From assembly GCA_965205565.1 (NCBI GenBank), contig CBDBID010000041.1, positions 8,455 through 72,454 of the forward strand: a DNA stretch of 64,000 nt, in the 5' to 3' direction. Below, one piece after another: positions 11,603 through 22,019 of this stretch; the first letter of the stretch is position 1, and the number at the start of each line of letters is the position of its first letter. Below the pieces are notes generated by a model. The model saw nothing but the letters and a program-made list of their open reading frames with translations, searched no databases and was not told where the DNA came from. The DNA comes from Acidobacteriota bacterium (GTDB lineage: Bacteria > Acidobacteriota > UBA6911 > RPQK01 > CBDBID01). A program made the translations under genes and the position numbers.

Positions 11603-12468
11603 GCGTACAGACACAGATCCAGTCCTATGAAAAGAAACAGGGCTACACTGATCACCCCGTTGACCGTGAAGAAGGCCGCGTTGACCCGGGACAGATTGCT
11701 CGGGCTCACCAGACGATGCTCGTAAATGAGCGCCACTGCTACCACCAATAGCCCAAACCAGCTGACCGGTGAGAGGGGGAAAAAAGAGAAAGACATTCCC
11801 AGCAGGATCACCATTGCAACATGCAACAATCTGGACAGCAGCAAGGCTCGCTTCACACCCAACTTACGGGGCAGGGAATACAGGTCTACCCTGCGGTCGA
11901 ACTCCACATCTTGGCAGGCGTAGATGATGTCGAAGCCGGCGACCCAGAGAAGGACCGCGCCTGACAGATATAAGGGAGGAATGTCTAGTCCGCCCGTGAC
12001 CGCGACCCAGCCGCCCATGGGAGCCATGCCCAAGGCGAGACCCAGAAAGAGATGGGAGAGGGAAGTGAAGCGTTTAGTGTAGCTGTAGATCAGGATCACT
12101 GCTAGTGCCATCGGGCTGAGTGCCAGCGCGAGAGGGTTGAGTTTCCAGGCGGCCAGAAAAAACAGAGCTGACGCCGCCACTACAAAGGCCATCACGAAAC
12201 CCCGACTCAAGAGCCCTCGTGGCAGCGGACGACCGGCGGTTCGCGGGTTCAATGCATCATAGCGCCGGTCCACGACTCGGTTGAACGCCATGGCAGCACT
12301 TCGGGCTCCCATCATAGCCAACACGATCCAGAGGGTCACGCTCCATCCCGGAAAGTCTCCGGCGGCCAGAAAAGCGCCCAGGAAGGCGAACGGAAGCGCG
12401 AATACAGTATGCTCGAATTTGATCATTTCCAGGACGATGAAGAGCTTCCTCATGGCAGGTTTCAGCAC
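11587..12468 (-). CDS. UbiA-family polyprenyltransferase
   Basis: Multi-TM 293-aa ORF with Asp-rich motifs NRVVDRRYD and YACQDVEFDRRVD. Confidence 0.8.
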   Translation of the reverse strand: MLKPAMRKLFIVLEMIKFEHTVFALPFAFLGAFLAAGDFPGWSVTLWIVLAMMGARSAAMAFNRVVDRRYDALNPRTAGRPLPRGLLSRGFVMAFVVAASALFFLAAWKLNPLALALSPMALAVILIYSYTKRFTSLSHLFLGLALGMAPMGGWVAVTGGLDIPPLYLSGAVLLWVAGFDIIYACQDVEFDRRVDLYSLPRKLGVKRALLLSRLLHVAMVILLGMSFSFFPLSPVSWFGLLVVAVALIYEHRLVSPSNLSRVNAAFFTVNGVISVALFLFIGLDLCLYAWEKY

Positions 12469-12710
12469 AAAAAATTATAGCACAGGCCACTGAACGGATC
12501 GGCTCCAGAGCTGGGGAAGCGGCCCAGGGGAGGCAAAGGGGTGCTGGCCCGATAGAAAAAAAGGGTTGGGGCTAAAAACCCCATGCACGGTGCCGAAATC
12601 CTGGTAAACTTTAGGCGGTGTAGCGCCCAACGAGGGGTGCCTCAGGCTTGCCGGTGGACAGTCGCTGGATCACCCGGATATTGGATCTGACCTAGTCTGG
12701 AACCCAACGA

Positions 12711-15506
12711 ATGGAGGCCATGATGGGAGTGAATCTGGTGAGTAGGGAAGATCATTCAACTCCTCCAATCCAGTCGATGGCAAGGCTGGATTCTGACGGA
12801 AGAAGACCCTCTGTCTTCCGGTTCTCATGGCTCGCAAAGGCCTGTTTTTGCGGGGCCTGGTGGGGACTCTTTTCACTGCCGGCTGCCCCGGCTTCCGAAG
12901 GGGCTCCCAGTCCTGGGAGGGCGGACGAATCCCTCTGGATCCACCACGCTGGCTGGGAGGCATCCCGCCAAGGCTCCTTCGGTGACTCCGGAGCCAACAC
13001 CTACGTTTCGCGGCGGGGGCGGATTCAAACCATCAACCGTTGGGACCTGAATGCCGACGGTGAATTGGATTTGGTTTTCACCCAGGACCACAATAGTGTC
13101 TACACTCCGGATTTCCTGATCTACTGGGGGAGCGCCCACGGATTCGAAGCGGACCAGCGTACCGAGTTGCCGGCCTATCTGGCCGGTGGTGTGGCTGTCG
13201 GAGATCTCAATAGCGACGGCCTGCTGGACGTGGTGATAGCCAATCATGGCGATGAACAGGGTGAAAGGCGGGGCTTTCGTTTTCACCTGGAATCCTTCAT
13301 CTATTGGGGCGACCTGCACCGCTTCGACACCGGACAAAGAAGTTCGGTGGCCACCATCAGCGCCGCCGCCGCGGAGATTGGAGATTTCAATGGAGACGGG
13401 AGCCCGGATCTAGCCTTTGTGAATTACAACAGCCAGGAAAAGAGCGTCTACGTCTACTGGGGCGATGGCAGTGGCGAGTTTCCTGAGGAGAAACGCCAGA
13501 TCTTCACCTCTTCGGATCTGCATCTGGACCTTCGAGATGCAACTCGCCGACCGATACCCGGAATGCGGACTCTCAGGACCTACGACCTGGACCAGGATCG
13601 ATTCGATGACCTGATCGTAGCGGGTACCAGGAAAGCCGTCATCTACCGGGGCTCGGAACAGGGTCTAAACGTGCAGCAGGCCTCGGAACTGCCTGCGGAC
13701 AACTGCGCAGAGGTGGAGGTCGACCTGAATGCAGATGGACAGCTCGACCTGATCTTCGCTAATGAAGGCGTCTCGCGCGAAACTCCGCCTTCCTCGATTT
13801 TCTGGGGATCCTCCGACGGCTTTGACGTTCACCACCGTTCGGACCTGTCCACGCTGTCTGCCACCACCGTAAAGGCCGTCGATTTCAATCAGGATGGTTT
13901 TCTCGACCTCCTGTTCGGGAACGGCAATGATGAGAAGAGTCGCGACGTACCCTCCTACACTTATTGGGGCAATTCTCGGGGGAGCTTTTCTCCCCATCGG
14001 CGACAAGAGTTGACGGCTTTCGGTGTCGCGGACAGTGACGTCGCTGATCTTAACCACGACGGCAAGCTAGATCTTCTGCTGATCAGTCATCTGAGCGAAC
14101 ACGGTAATGGATTGCCGACGGTAATCTTCTGGGGCAATTCGGAGGCCCACTACTCGATCGCAGCCCTCACCCTGCTCGAACGAAGCGCCAACATGGAGTA
14201 CAGCATCGCCGATCTAGACGATGACGCACACCCCGATCTGGTCCTGCTGAATCAGGATTCATATTGGGTGTGGTGGGGCTCCAAAGAAGGCTATTCGGCT
14301 GATCATCGAACCCGCTTGCCGGGAAAGCTTCCCATTGCCAGCAGCGTCGCCGATCTGAATCGGGACGGGTTTTTGGACGTCCTGCTCAGCCTGCGGGGAG
14401 ACCAGCCGAAGGGAAAGAGCGCTCGGGCAATGATCGTCTGGGAAATGCTGATCGCTTCCACGACGCGAAGAGCCAGCAGTTCGATCTGGACTGTTTCTCA
14501 CTCGAATCGAATGCCATAGCCGACTTGAATCGGGACGGTTTTCTGGATCTGATCTACCCCAACGGTTTTTCCGAATATTCGCAGATCTTCTGGGGCACGG
14601 GTGAGGGTTACGATCCCAAAAAATTCACCCGTGTGGAGGCTTATGGAGCCCCCCACGTCCTGGCTGCGGACATGGATGCGGATGGCTGGCTGGAGCTCAT
14701 CTTACACCAACGGTGCCACCCCCTCCCACCGCAGTGTCAACTCCAAAACCTATGTCTACTGGGTAGGGCCGAATGGATATTCCCCCGATACTCGAGTGGC
14801 CTTGGAGGGTTTCACCAGCCTGGATGCCTCGGTCGCGGATTTCGACAGAGACGGATACCTGGATCTAGCCTTGACCAATTACAAGTCGGACACTACCCGC
14901 GAGTTGCCGGCCTTCATCTACTGGGGGGCTCCGAATCGGACCCTGGGTCAGCGACCTCGAACCCTGATCCCGACCGCCTCTTCGGCGGCTGTGGACAGCC
15001 TGGACCTGAACCGGGATGGCTGGATTGACCTACTTGTCACAAACCATCAGAAGCGCTTTGACCACTCGGCCGCCGGCACCAACCTCTTCTGGGGCGGTCC
15101 GGACGGTTTCTCACTGCAAGCGGTGCACAACATCCCCACCATCGGAGTCCATCTGGATGCCATGGTGGATGCCGGTCACGTCTACCACCGTAAGTATGAG
15201 TGGGACTATGTTTCCGCTCCCATCCAGATCCCAGTCGGATCCCGCTGCAATCGTTTGCATTGGAAGGCGATCACCGCTTTGAATACGGGGATCAAGTTTC
15301 AGATCCGCGGCGGAGCCGATCGTGAGACGATGCTTGAAGCCGGATGGGAGGGCAGGTCGGGTGCGGATTCCTTCTACCTCGATCCGGGAAGCCAGCTCAA
15401 GGTGGGAAGAGAACATCGCTGGCTGCAGTATCGAGCTTTGCTCACTTCGCCCGATGGCGGAAATTCCCCAATTTTGACAGAGGTGGCTTTAGAATGTCGC
15501 CGCTAA
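12711..15506 (+). CDS. Large secreted FG-GAP (integrin-alpha-like) repeat protein, about 930 aa, with about 12 repeats; two apparent frameshifts
   Basis: Repeats of DLNxDGxLDLvxxN...YWGxxxGF occur every ~75 aa. Three ORFs (12711-14519, 14525-15028, 14601-15506) form one continuous homologous protein after shifts at about 14452 and 14700. Confidence 0.8.
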
Positions 15507-15528
15507 ACACCGAGAAAGGGTTCCAATC

Positions 15529-16293
15529 ATGTTAGCCAGTAAACTGAAAGAGAAGCTTCGCAACCGGGAAATGGTGGTGGGACCCATGATGATGTTCGAT
15601 TACTGGCCCGGTTATCTGGAGATCTACAAGAGCGTGGGCATGGATTTCGTCATGGTGGATTTCGAGCATGGGGCCGGTGATCTGAGAATCCTCGAGGAGC
15701 TGTGTCGTACCGGACGCCTCCTGGATCTGCCCATCTTGGTTCGACCAGCCGCCAGCCTGTACCATTTGCTGCGTCGCTACGCCGACATGGGGCCGGCCGG
15801 TTTCATCATGCCCTGGGTGGAGAGGGAAGAGCAGGTTTGTACTGTCCAGGAGGCCATTTTCTGTCCGCCTCGCGGGAGAAGGGGTCCTGGAGGTCCGTCC
15901 GTGTTGGGAGTCAGTAGCCTCGAGCGGTCCGGTTGGGACGAAGTGGAGGAGAATTTCGCCGTCATTTTTCAGATCGAGAGTCCGGCCGGGATTGAAGCCA
16001 TGGAGACTCTGGCAGCACCCGACTGGGTGGACGCGGTCATGCTGGGACCTTACGACCTGTCCCTCAACCTGGATCACTGTGGACAGATGGATCACCCGGA
16101 AGTGGTGGCTGCCATAGGCGAGGTTTTCCAAAAGGCCCAGAGGCTGGGAAAACCGTGCGGGTTGCCGACAGGCGACATGGAAATGGCGCGATTCTGGAAG
16201 CAGCGGGGTTGTCATTTTTTTGTCTGCTCCGAGGCCACGGTCATGGTGCGCATGCGGGCCGGGGAGATGGTGCGGGAGATTCGCTCGCCGTGA
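15529..16293 (+). CDS. HpcH/HpaI-family aldolase (2-keto-3-deoxy-acid aldolase or citrate lyase beta-like)
   Basis: 254 aa. Family-like blocks DFVMVDFEHG and GPYDLSLNL. It starts 23 nt after the FG-GAP gene. Confidence 0.65.
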   Translation: MLASKLKEKLRNREMVVGPMMMFDYWPGYLEIYKSVGMDFVMVDFEHGAGDLRILEELCRTGRLLDLPILVRPAASLYHLLRRYADMGPAGFIMPWVEREEQVCTVQEAIFCPPRGRRGPGGPSVLGVSSLERSGWDEVEENFAVIFQIESPAGIEAMETLAAPDWVDAVMLGPYDLSLNLDHCGQMDHPEVVAAIGEVFQKAQRLGKPCGLPTGDMEMARFWKQRGCHFFVCSEATVMVRMRAGEMVREIRSP

Positions 16294-16422
16294 GCGATTT
16301 TTCGCGGATCCGGCCTGGCGGTGCACCGGCTGGATCGTGCCTGGAAATGGGGCGGGAAGGTCGAAATTTGGAGTGGACCGCACCTCTACGCAGGGGTGGG
16401 CTGGCGGCTGGTCGCCTCAGGG

Positions 16423-17196
16423 ATGGGTAATGAAATTATGGATACGGTACTGATGGAAGAAATGACTTGGCCGGAGATCCAGGCGGCCTTGGGGCAGGGC
16501 AGCCGAACGGCTCTCGTGGTTTCGGCCTCGGTCGAACAGCATGGCCCTCATTTACCCCTAATCACCGACACGGTTCTGGGTTACGAAGTGGCGGTGCGGG
16601 TAGCCAGGAAATTGGGGGATGCTCTCGTGGCTCCCGTCTTGCGCCCGGCCTGCTCGGACCACCATATGGACTTCCCGGGCTCGCTGACTGTACCGGAGGA
16701 GCTTTTCCACGAGAATCTCCGACAATATTGCCTGAGCCTGGCCCATCACGGCTTTCAGGAGATTCTGCTGCTCTCGAGTCATGGCGGGAATTTTCTGCCC
16801 ATCCAACGTGTGGCTCGTCGTCTCGTAGACGAGTTGGCCGCCAGGAACGTGCAGGTGCGTCCGATCGTGGACGTCGAGGGTTTCATGGCCGCACAGACGG
16901 CGGTGCTGAAAGATTTGGGACGCAGCGGCGACGGCGGACCTCACGCCGACCTTACGGAAACCTCTCAGATGTCACTGATTCTGCCCCATCTGGTGCGGCA
17001 AGACCGAATCGAGAAGGGCTTCACGGGGGACGTTCCCCTGCAGGATGTTGTCGCAAAAGGCCTGAGGCACTTTACGTCCAACGGAATCATGGGCGACCCG
17101 GAAGGGTCAACCGCAGAACTCGGGGAGCGGGTTTTCGAAGCCGTCAGCGATTACATCGTGGGTGAGGTGGACCTGGAACGGGCCCAGGACGCTTGA
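16423..17196 (+). CDS. Creatininase-fold amidohydrolase family protein
   Basis: VEQHGPHLPLITDT and SSHGGN metal-binding motifs. The start codon is uncertain (16321, 16423 or 16438). Confidence 0.65.
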   Translation: MGNEIMDTVLMEEMTWPEIQAALGQGSRTALVVSASVEQHGPHLPLITDTVLGYEVAVRVARKLGDALVAPVLRPACSDHHMDFPGSLTVPEELFHENLRQYCLSLAHHGFQEILLLSSHGGNFLPIQRVARRLVDELAARNVQVRPIVDVEGFMAAQTAVLKDLGRSGDGGPHADLTETSQMSLILPHLVRQDRIEKGFTGDVPLQDVVAKGLRHFTSNGIMGDPEGSTAELGERVFEAVSDYIVGEVDLERAQDA

Positions 17197-17251
17197 TTCC
17201 AGCGCCTGTAACGCAATCGGAACCATTACTCGGACAGGCTCCTAGTCTAGC

Positions 17252-18790
17252 TTACTTCTCTTCCCCCAGGACATCGCCGATGGTCAGCCCTCGAATCTTC
17301 TCCCGGTCCGGTGAGCGGAAGATGTAGTTGAGCAAGGCGGCCAGACCCAGACCGGCCAAGAAGGGAATGGGGACTACCCAGACGAACGAAATGTTTTCCT
17401 CCAGACCGAACCAGGACTTTCCGAAGCAGATGAAGAGGCTCAACAGGGTTCCAAAGACGAAGGAAAGGAGCACGGCACGACTGCCAGTTCTTCGAAACAG
17501 GATTCCCCCAAAAAATAGCACGGCGATTGGAGCCACGAAAATGTGGTTGATGCGACCCGTCAGTTCCACCAGATTCCAGTTCGTGCTCTGCGCTCCGACG
17601 GCGATGGTGATGGCAGCGCCGATGCCGATGACCCCAGCCGCCAGCGAGGCCAACTTGTCGACCTTCAAAGAGACGCTGTCCTTGAGGAAACCGAAGCGTT
17701 GGAGGAAATCGTTCATCACTACGCCCGAGATGGAATTGATTCCGGAACTTAAGCTCGACATGGCGGCTGCCAGCAAAGCCGCCAGAAGAAGTCCGGAGAT
17801 TCCCGCTGGCAGTTCCTGGACGATGAACTGCGGCATGATGCGGTCCGCTCTCAAAGCGATCTCTTCCTGGAAGGCTCCGATGGGAGCGCCCGACTTCTGG
17901 GCGTAGAATGCGAAAAGGGCCAGGCCGCAAAGCATCAAAAACAACGACAGGAAGACTCCCCAGAAGGTGTAGACCCAAACCGTTCGTCGAGCAGCCTTCA
18001 GAGATGGGGTGCTCAGGTAACGCTGCACCGCCACTTGATCTCCACCGCTGGTGGCGATGTTCCAAAAAAAATTGCTCATCACCACCCCGAACACCGTGAT
18101 TCTCACGGTCAGGTCCATACTGAACATCTGGATCTCGGTACGTCCCGCCTGGGAAAACGTCTGCCACCACTCTAAAGGGCCCTCTCCTGTGGCGTAGGCG
18201 ATGAAGAAGGGGATGGCCACCGCCCCTCCAAACAGGATGAACAGCTGGATATTGTCGGTCCAAACCACCGTTCTCAGGCCTCCGGTGGTGGTGTAGAAGG
18301 TCGTGACCAACCCGATGGCGATAATGGTGACGTAGATGTTCCAGCCCGACATCTCGGCAAAAGCGAAACTGGCCGTGTAGATGATCAAACCCATCCACAG
18401 GATGGTTCGACCGATGAAAGCGAAAGAAGCCAGGCTGCGGACCTTTACGTCGAAACGCTTCTCCAGGTATTCGTAGGCGCTGGAGATGGGTAGACGCATC
18501 AAGATGGGGATCAGCACTCGGTTGGTCACCGGGATGATCAGGGGCATGGCCAGAATACTGCCGAAGTAGGCGATGCCGTAACGGATCATCTCGCCGGGCA
18601 CCGACAGATAAGTTATAGTCGACAGCAGAGTGGCCATTAAACTGCCTCCGGCCAGAAACCAATGAATGTCCCTGCCTCCCAGAAAATACTCCTCGCGGGA
18701 GGTCTGGCGTTTAGAAAAATACAGGCCGATCAAGGCGAGGCCTGCCATGTACACGATGATGACGACGAAGTCGAGTGCCGTTAGATACAT
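17252..18790 (-). CDS. Sodium:solute symporter (SSF) family transporter
   Basis: 512 aa with about 13 TM segments. The SSF-like N-terminus reads FLGGRDIHWFLAGGSLMAT. Confidence 0.85.
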   Translation of the reverse strand: MYLTALDFVVIIVYMAGLALIGLYFSKRQTSREEYFLGGRDIHWFLAGGSLMATLLSTITYLSVPGEMIRYGIAYFGSILAMPLIIPVTNRVLIPILMRLPISSAYEYLEKRFDVKVRSLASFAFIGRTILWMGLIIYTASFAFAEMSGWNIYVTIIAIGLVTTFYTTTGGLRTVVWTDNIQLFILFGGAVAIPFFIAYATGEGPLEWWQTFSQAGRTEIQMFSMDLTVRITVFGVVMSNFFWNIATSGGDQVAVQRYLSTPSLKAARRTVWVYTFWGVFLSLFLMLCGLALFAFYAQKSGAPIGAFQEEIALRADRIMPQFIVQELPAGISGLLLAALLAAAMSSLSSGINSISGVVMNDFLQRFGFLKDSVSLKVDKLASLAAGVIGIGAAITIAVGAQSTNWNLVELTGRINHIFVAPIAVLFFGGILFRRTGSRAVLLSFVFGTLLSLFICFGKSWFGLEENISFVWVVPIPFLAGLGLAALLNYIFRSPDREKIRGLTIGDVLGEEK

Positions 18791-18812
18791 TTTCTGGGCC
18801 TTTCCCCTGTCT

Positions 18813-19046
18813 TAGTGCTCCCCTCCATAGATACGGTGACGTTCGCAGAGGGGGCTGGGGTGATGAGGTCGAGGAGCGACGAAGAGATCGACCGCAACCC
18901 CCCTCCGCCCGAAGGGTTGCGAGGGGATATCCCCGTCTTCAGTATTGCTCCTCCTCCCCGATGTCTCCGCATCGATTCGTCGTGGTGCCTGGAATCAGGG
19001 GTGTCGCGCTCGCAACAAACATGATCGTATTTATGGAAGTTGGCAC
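18813..19046. repeat. MITE-like repeat, copy A (degenerate TIRs, ~90-nt internal insertion)
   Basis: About 70-90% nucleotide identity to 53815-54000 over the 5' 70 nt, the core GAGGAGCGACGA...CCCTCCGCCC and the 3' CAAACATgATcGTATTTATGGAAG. It lies in the SSF promoter region. Confidence 0.75.
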
Positions 19047-19100
19047 GTAGTCTCCTTCACTTGTGAAAAAAAGGGAAGGAGCCCGGAACTCGAAAACCTG

Positions 19101-19661
19101 TTAGGCGCCTTCCCGCTCGAGGGGGCCTGGCCAGTCGGCCAGGCCTCCACTCAGGTTGTATAAATTCAGGTAACCTTTTTCGCGACTGAGGAAGTGGCAG
19201 GCGCTGCCGGAACGATTGCCCGAGGCGCAGTGAATGACGACGTGTTCGACGCTGGAGGGTATTTCCGACCAGCGTTGCTCCAGTTGGGACATGGGAATCA
19301 GCTGGGCGCCGGGAACGTGTCCGTTTTCATACTCATGCGGTTCGCGTACGTCGATAAAAAGCGTAGCCGGCTGTTTGAAGAGGCGTTGGGCCGTCTCCCC
19401 TTCGATCTCCCGGAACAGTGTGCCGTCGCGAATCTGGTCCGCTGTTGGGGTGCGCCCCGCGGCCATTCCTCCCAGAAAGCGTTGAAGGGTGCCGATTCGA
19501 GACTCCTGTTCCTCCTGCCAATCCTTCAATTGCAACTCGGAGGACCGATTTTCCGCCTCCTGGCGCGCCAACCTGCGTTTCAAGGACCGGGCCGTTTTCA
19601 GGGACCAGAGCGCCAGCAGGAACGCTCCGACGGCCAAGCCCAGAACTAGTGAACTCATCAC
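19101..19661 (-). CDS. Membrane-anchored rhodanese-domain sulfurtransferase
   Basis: N-terminal TM helix and coiled coil. The rhodanese domain has active-site CASGNRS. Confidence 0.8.
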   Translation of the reverse strand: MMSSLVLGLAVGAFLLALWSLKTARSLKRRLARQEAENRSSELQLKDWQEEQESRIGTLQRFLGGMAAGRTPTADQIRDGTLFREIEGETAQRLFKQPATLFIDVREPHEYENGHVPGAQLIPMSQLEQRWSEIPSSVEHVVIHCASGNRSGSACHFLSREKGYLNLYNLSGGLADWPGPLEREGA

Positions 19662-19939
19662 ATGCCTCCTTTTTAGCTGGATTCCGGCCGGTCATTGTAC
19701 CGCAACAGCGATATCGAGTCAGGGATGGAGTGCGGTTTATTTCCTGTGGGGTAGATACGAGTCGGCACAACGGATCGGAATGGGGATGCCGGTCGATGCG
19801 GCGGCCGATCCGAAACCGGTTGGGCAGGGACCGTCCATCCCCATTTTCAGATCGTGGACTCAACAGCGAGAGGAGAGTCCTTTTGTGGGAACCGGTCAGC
19901 TATGGACAATTCGAAAGGTCAGGGAGCATCCTGAAGTTA

Positions 19940-20640
19940 TGATGAAAGTTTTCCATACGGCCGTACTGACTCTTCTCTTGCTTCCCAACCTCCTTCTCGG
20001 CAATGATGATTCGGAGCGCTTGGAGAAGTGCACGTCGGTGCTGCAAAAGGCCCTGAACCTGGCAGACGGCATCCCCCAGGAACTGCTGGACAAGGCCGAA
20101 TGCATGGTGGTGATTCCCTCCACCAAGAAGTTCGCCCTGGGCTTCGGAGGCAACTATGGTCGCGGTGCCATGGTGTGTCGCACCCACAAGGATTACCAAG
20201 GTCCCTGGGGAACTCCGGCCATGTACCGACTGGAGGGTGGCAGCATCGGATTTCAAATCGGAGGCTCCGCCACCGACTATATCCTGCTGGTCATGAACAG
20301 CGCCGGAGCGGAATCATTGCTGGACAGCAAGGTCAAGTTGGGAGCCGATGCTTCGGCCGCCGCGGGTCCCAAGGGGCGCACCGGAGAAGCGTCGACGGAT
20401 GCCTATATGCGGGCAGAGATCCTGACCTATTCGGTTTCCCGGGGGCTCTTCGCAGGTGTGTCCCTGTCCGGCTCGACCCTGCGCTCTGACAAAGGGGCCA
20501 ACAAGGGCGTCTACGGGAAGCAATACACGGCCAAGGAAATCATCCTGAATGGGAAGGCTCAACCCACCAAAGAGGGACGGGATCTGATAGCAGTGCTGCA
20601 GAAGAAGTCGCCGAAGAATCTATCCAAACCGACCCAGTAG
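19940..20640 (+). CDS. Secreted SYLF/Ysc84 (DUF500) lipid-binding domain protein
   Basis: Signal peptide MMKVFHTAVLTLLLLPNLLLG. The SYLF-like core reads GFGGNYGRGAMV...SIGFQIGGSATDYILL. Confidence 0.7.
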
Positions 20641-20965
20641 GCGGAGTTTGGCCGATCGTCCAGCAGACCGGAAGACTTTCTGCTTCTTGCTCCCGAGAAT
20701 CGCCGGCAGCTGGATCTCGACAGCAAGACCGCCCCCCGGTTGATTGGAGGCTCGAATTGTACCTTCGTGACGGCTGACGATTTCGATGTCTCCAGGTTCT
20801 CGAACAGCTCGATTCGAGAGGCCAGCTTCGCATCGCAAGCGACCAAAAGTGCGGATAGTCCTTCGGTCAGCGATAAGTAAGCGGCATTCGTGAGCCGTGA
20901 CATTGTTTCGAAGCTCCCGCACTCTTTCGAGCAGAAAATCGTAGGGATTGACCGGCTCGCTCCCT

Positions 20966-22019
20966 TTACCAGTGCAGCAGGAAGAGTTCCGAGCTGAAGC
21001 CGGGGCCGAAGGCGGCGCCCAGCCCATAATCTCCGGGCTTTGGCGCTCCGGACTCGAGGAGGTGGTGCAGCACGAATAGCACGGTGGGACTCGACATGTT
21101 GCCGTAGTTCTCCAGCACGAAACGGCTGTGCACGAGATCGTCCGGGCAGACATCCAGGGAACTCTCAAATGCAGTCAGGATCTTGGCTCCGCCCGGATGA
21201 ATGGCGTAGTGGGAAACGTCTTGACGGGAAAGGCCTCTGCGCCCCACGAACCCCTCGATGTTGTCGCGGATGAAGCGGGTCACCAAAGCGGGAATCCGCC
21301 GGGAGAAGATCACCTGCAGGCCGGTATCGGTAAAGCGCCAACCCATCACATCCAAGGTCTTGGGATATAGGGTGCTTTGCGCGTCCAAGATCTGCACGCC
21401 CTCCTCCTCGCAGCCGTCTCCACAGACCAGAGCGGCAGCGGCACCATCGGCGAAAAGGGCCGAAGCCACCAGATTGCTCTTAGTGAAATCCTGCGGCTGG
21501 AAGGTCAGGGAGGAGATCTCGATGGAAACCAGCAGCACTTTTTTGGCGGAATCGGTTCGCAGAAGATCCAGGCAATGGCCCAGGCCTGCCGCTCCTCCCG
21601 CACAACCCAACCCAAAAATCGGAGTCCTCTTGATGTGTCGATCGAACCCCATCCGGTTGATGAGGTGGGCATCGATGCTGGGCGTGGACATACCCGTGGT
21701 GGAGACGAACAGGAAGTGGTCGATTTCATCCGCAGCCACGCCCGCCTTGTTCCAAGCATTTTTCGATGGCTTCACGGCTGAGCCGTTCAGCCCATTCGAT
21801 GTAGGTGTCATTGCGGTCCAGGAAGCTGTGAGGCTGATAAAACCACTCGATCGGCACGCAGAAGTATCTTTGGCGCACCTCGACGTTGTCGAAGATGGGA
21901 AGCAGGCGGTTGATCTCGCCTACGCGTTGCCCGAAGTGGATTCGGGCCTCTTCGCGTAACACATCCTGAGGCACGCAATGGGGGGGTACAGCAGTTCCTA
22001 TCGAGACGATTTTTGCCAT
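20966..22019 (-). CDS. Type III polyketide synthase (chalcone/stilbene synthase family), with one apparent frameshift at a G-run near 21738
   Basis: Catalytic-Cys block FGLGCAGGAAGL, then HPGGAKIL and GFGPG. The N-terminal ORF 21726-22019 and the C-terminal ORF 20966-21811 join if one G is removed from ggcggg. Confidence 0.85.

Noticed and set aside
16467-17165. 232-aa Arg/Gly-rich plus-strand ORF
   Set aside because: It is an alternative frame of the creatininase-family gene with low-complexity composition.
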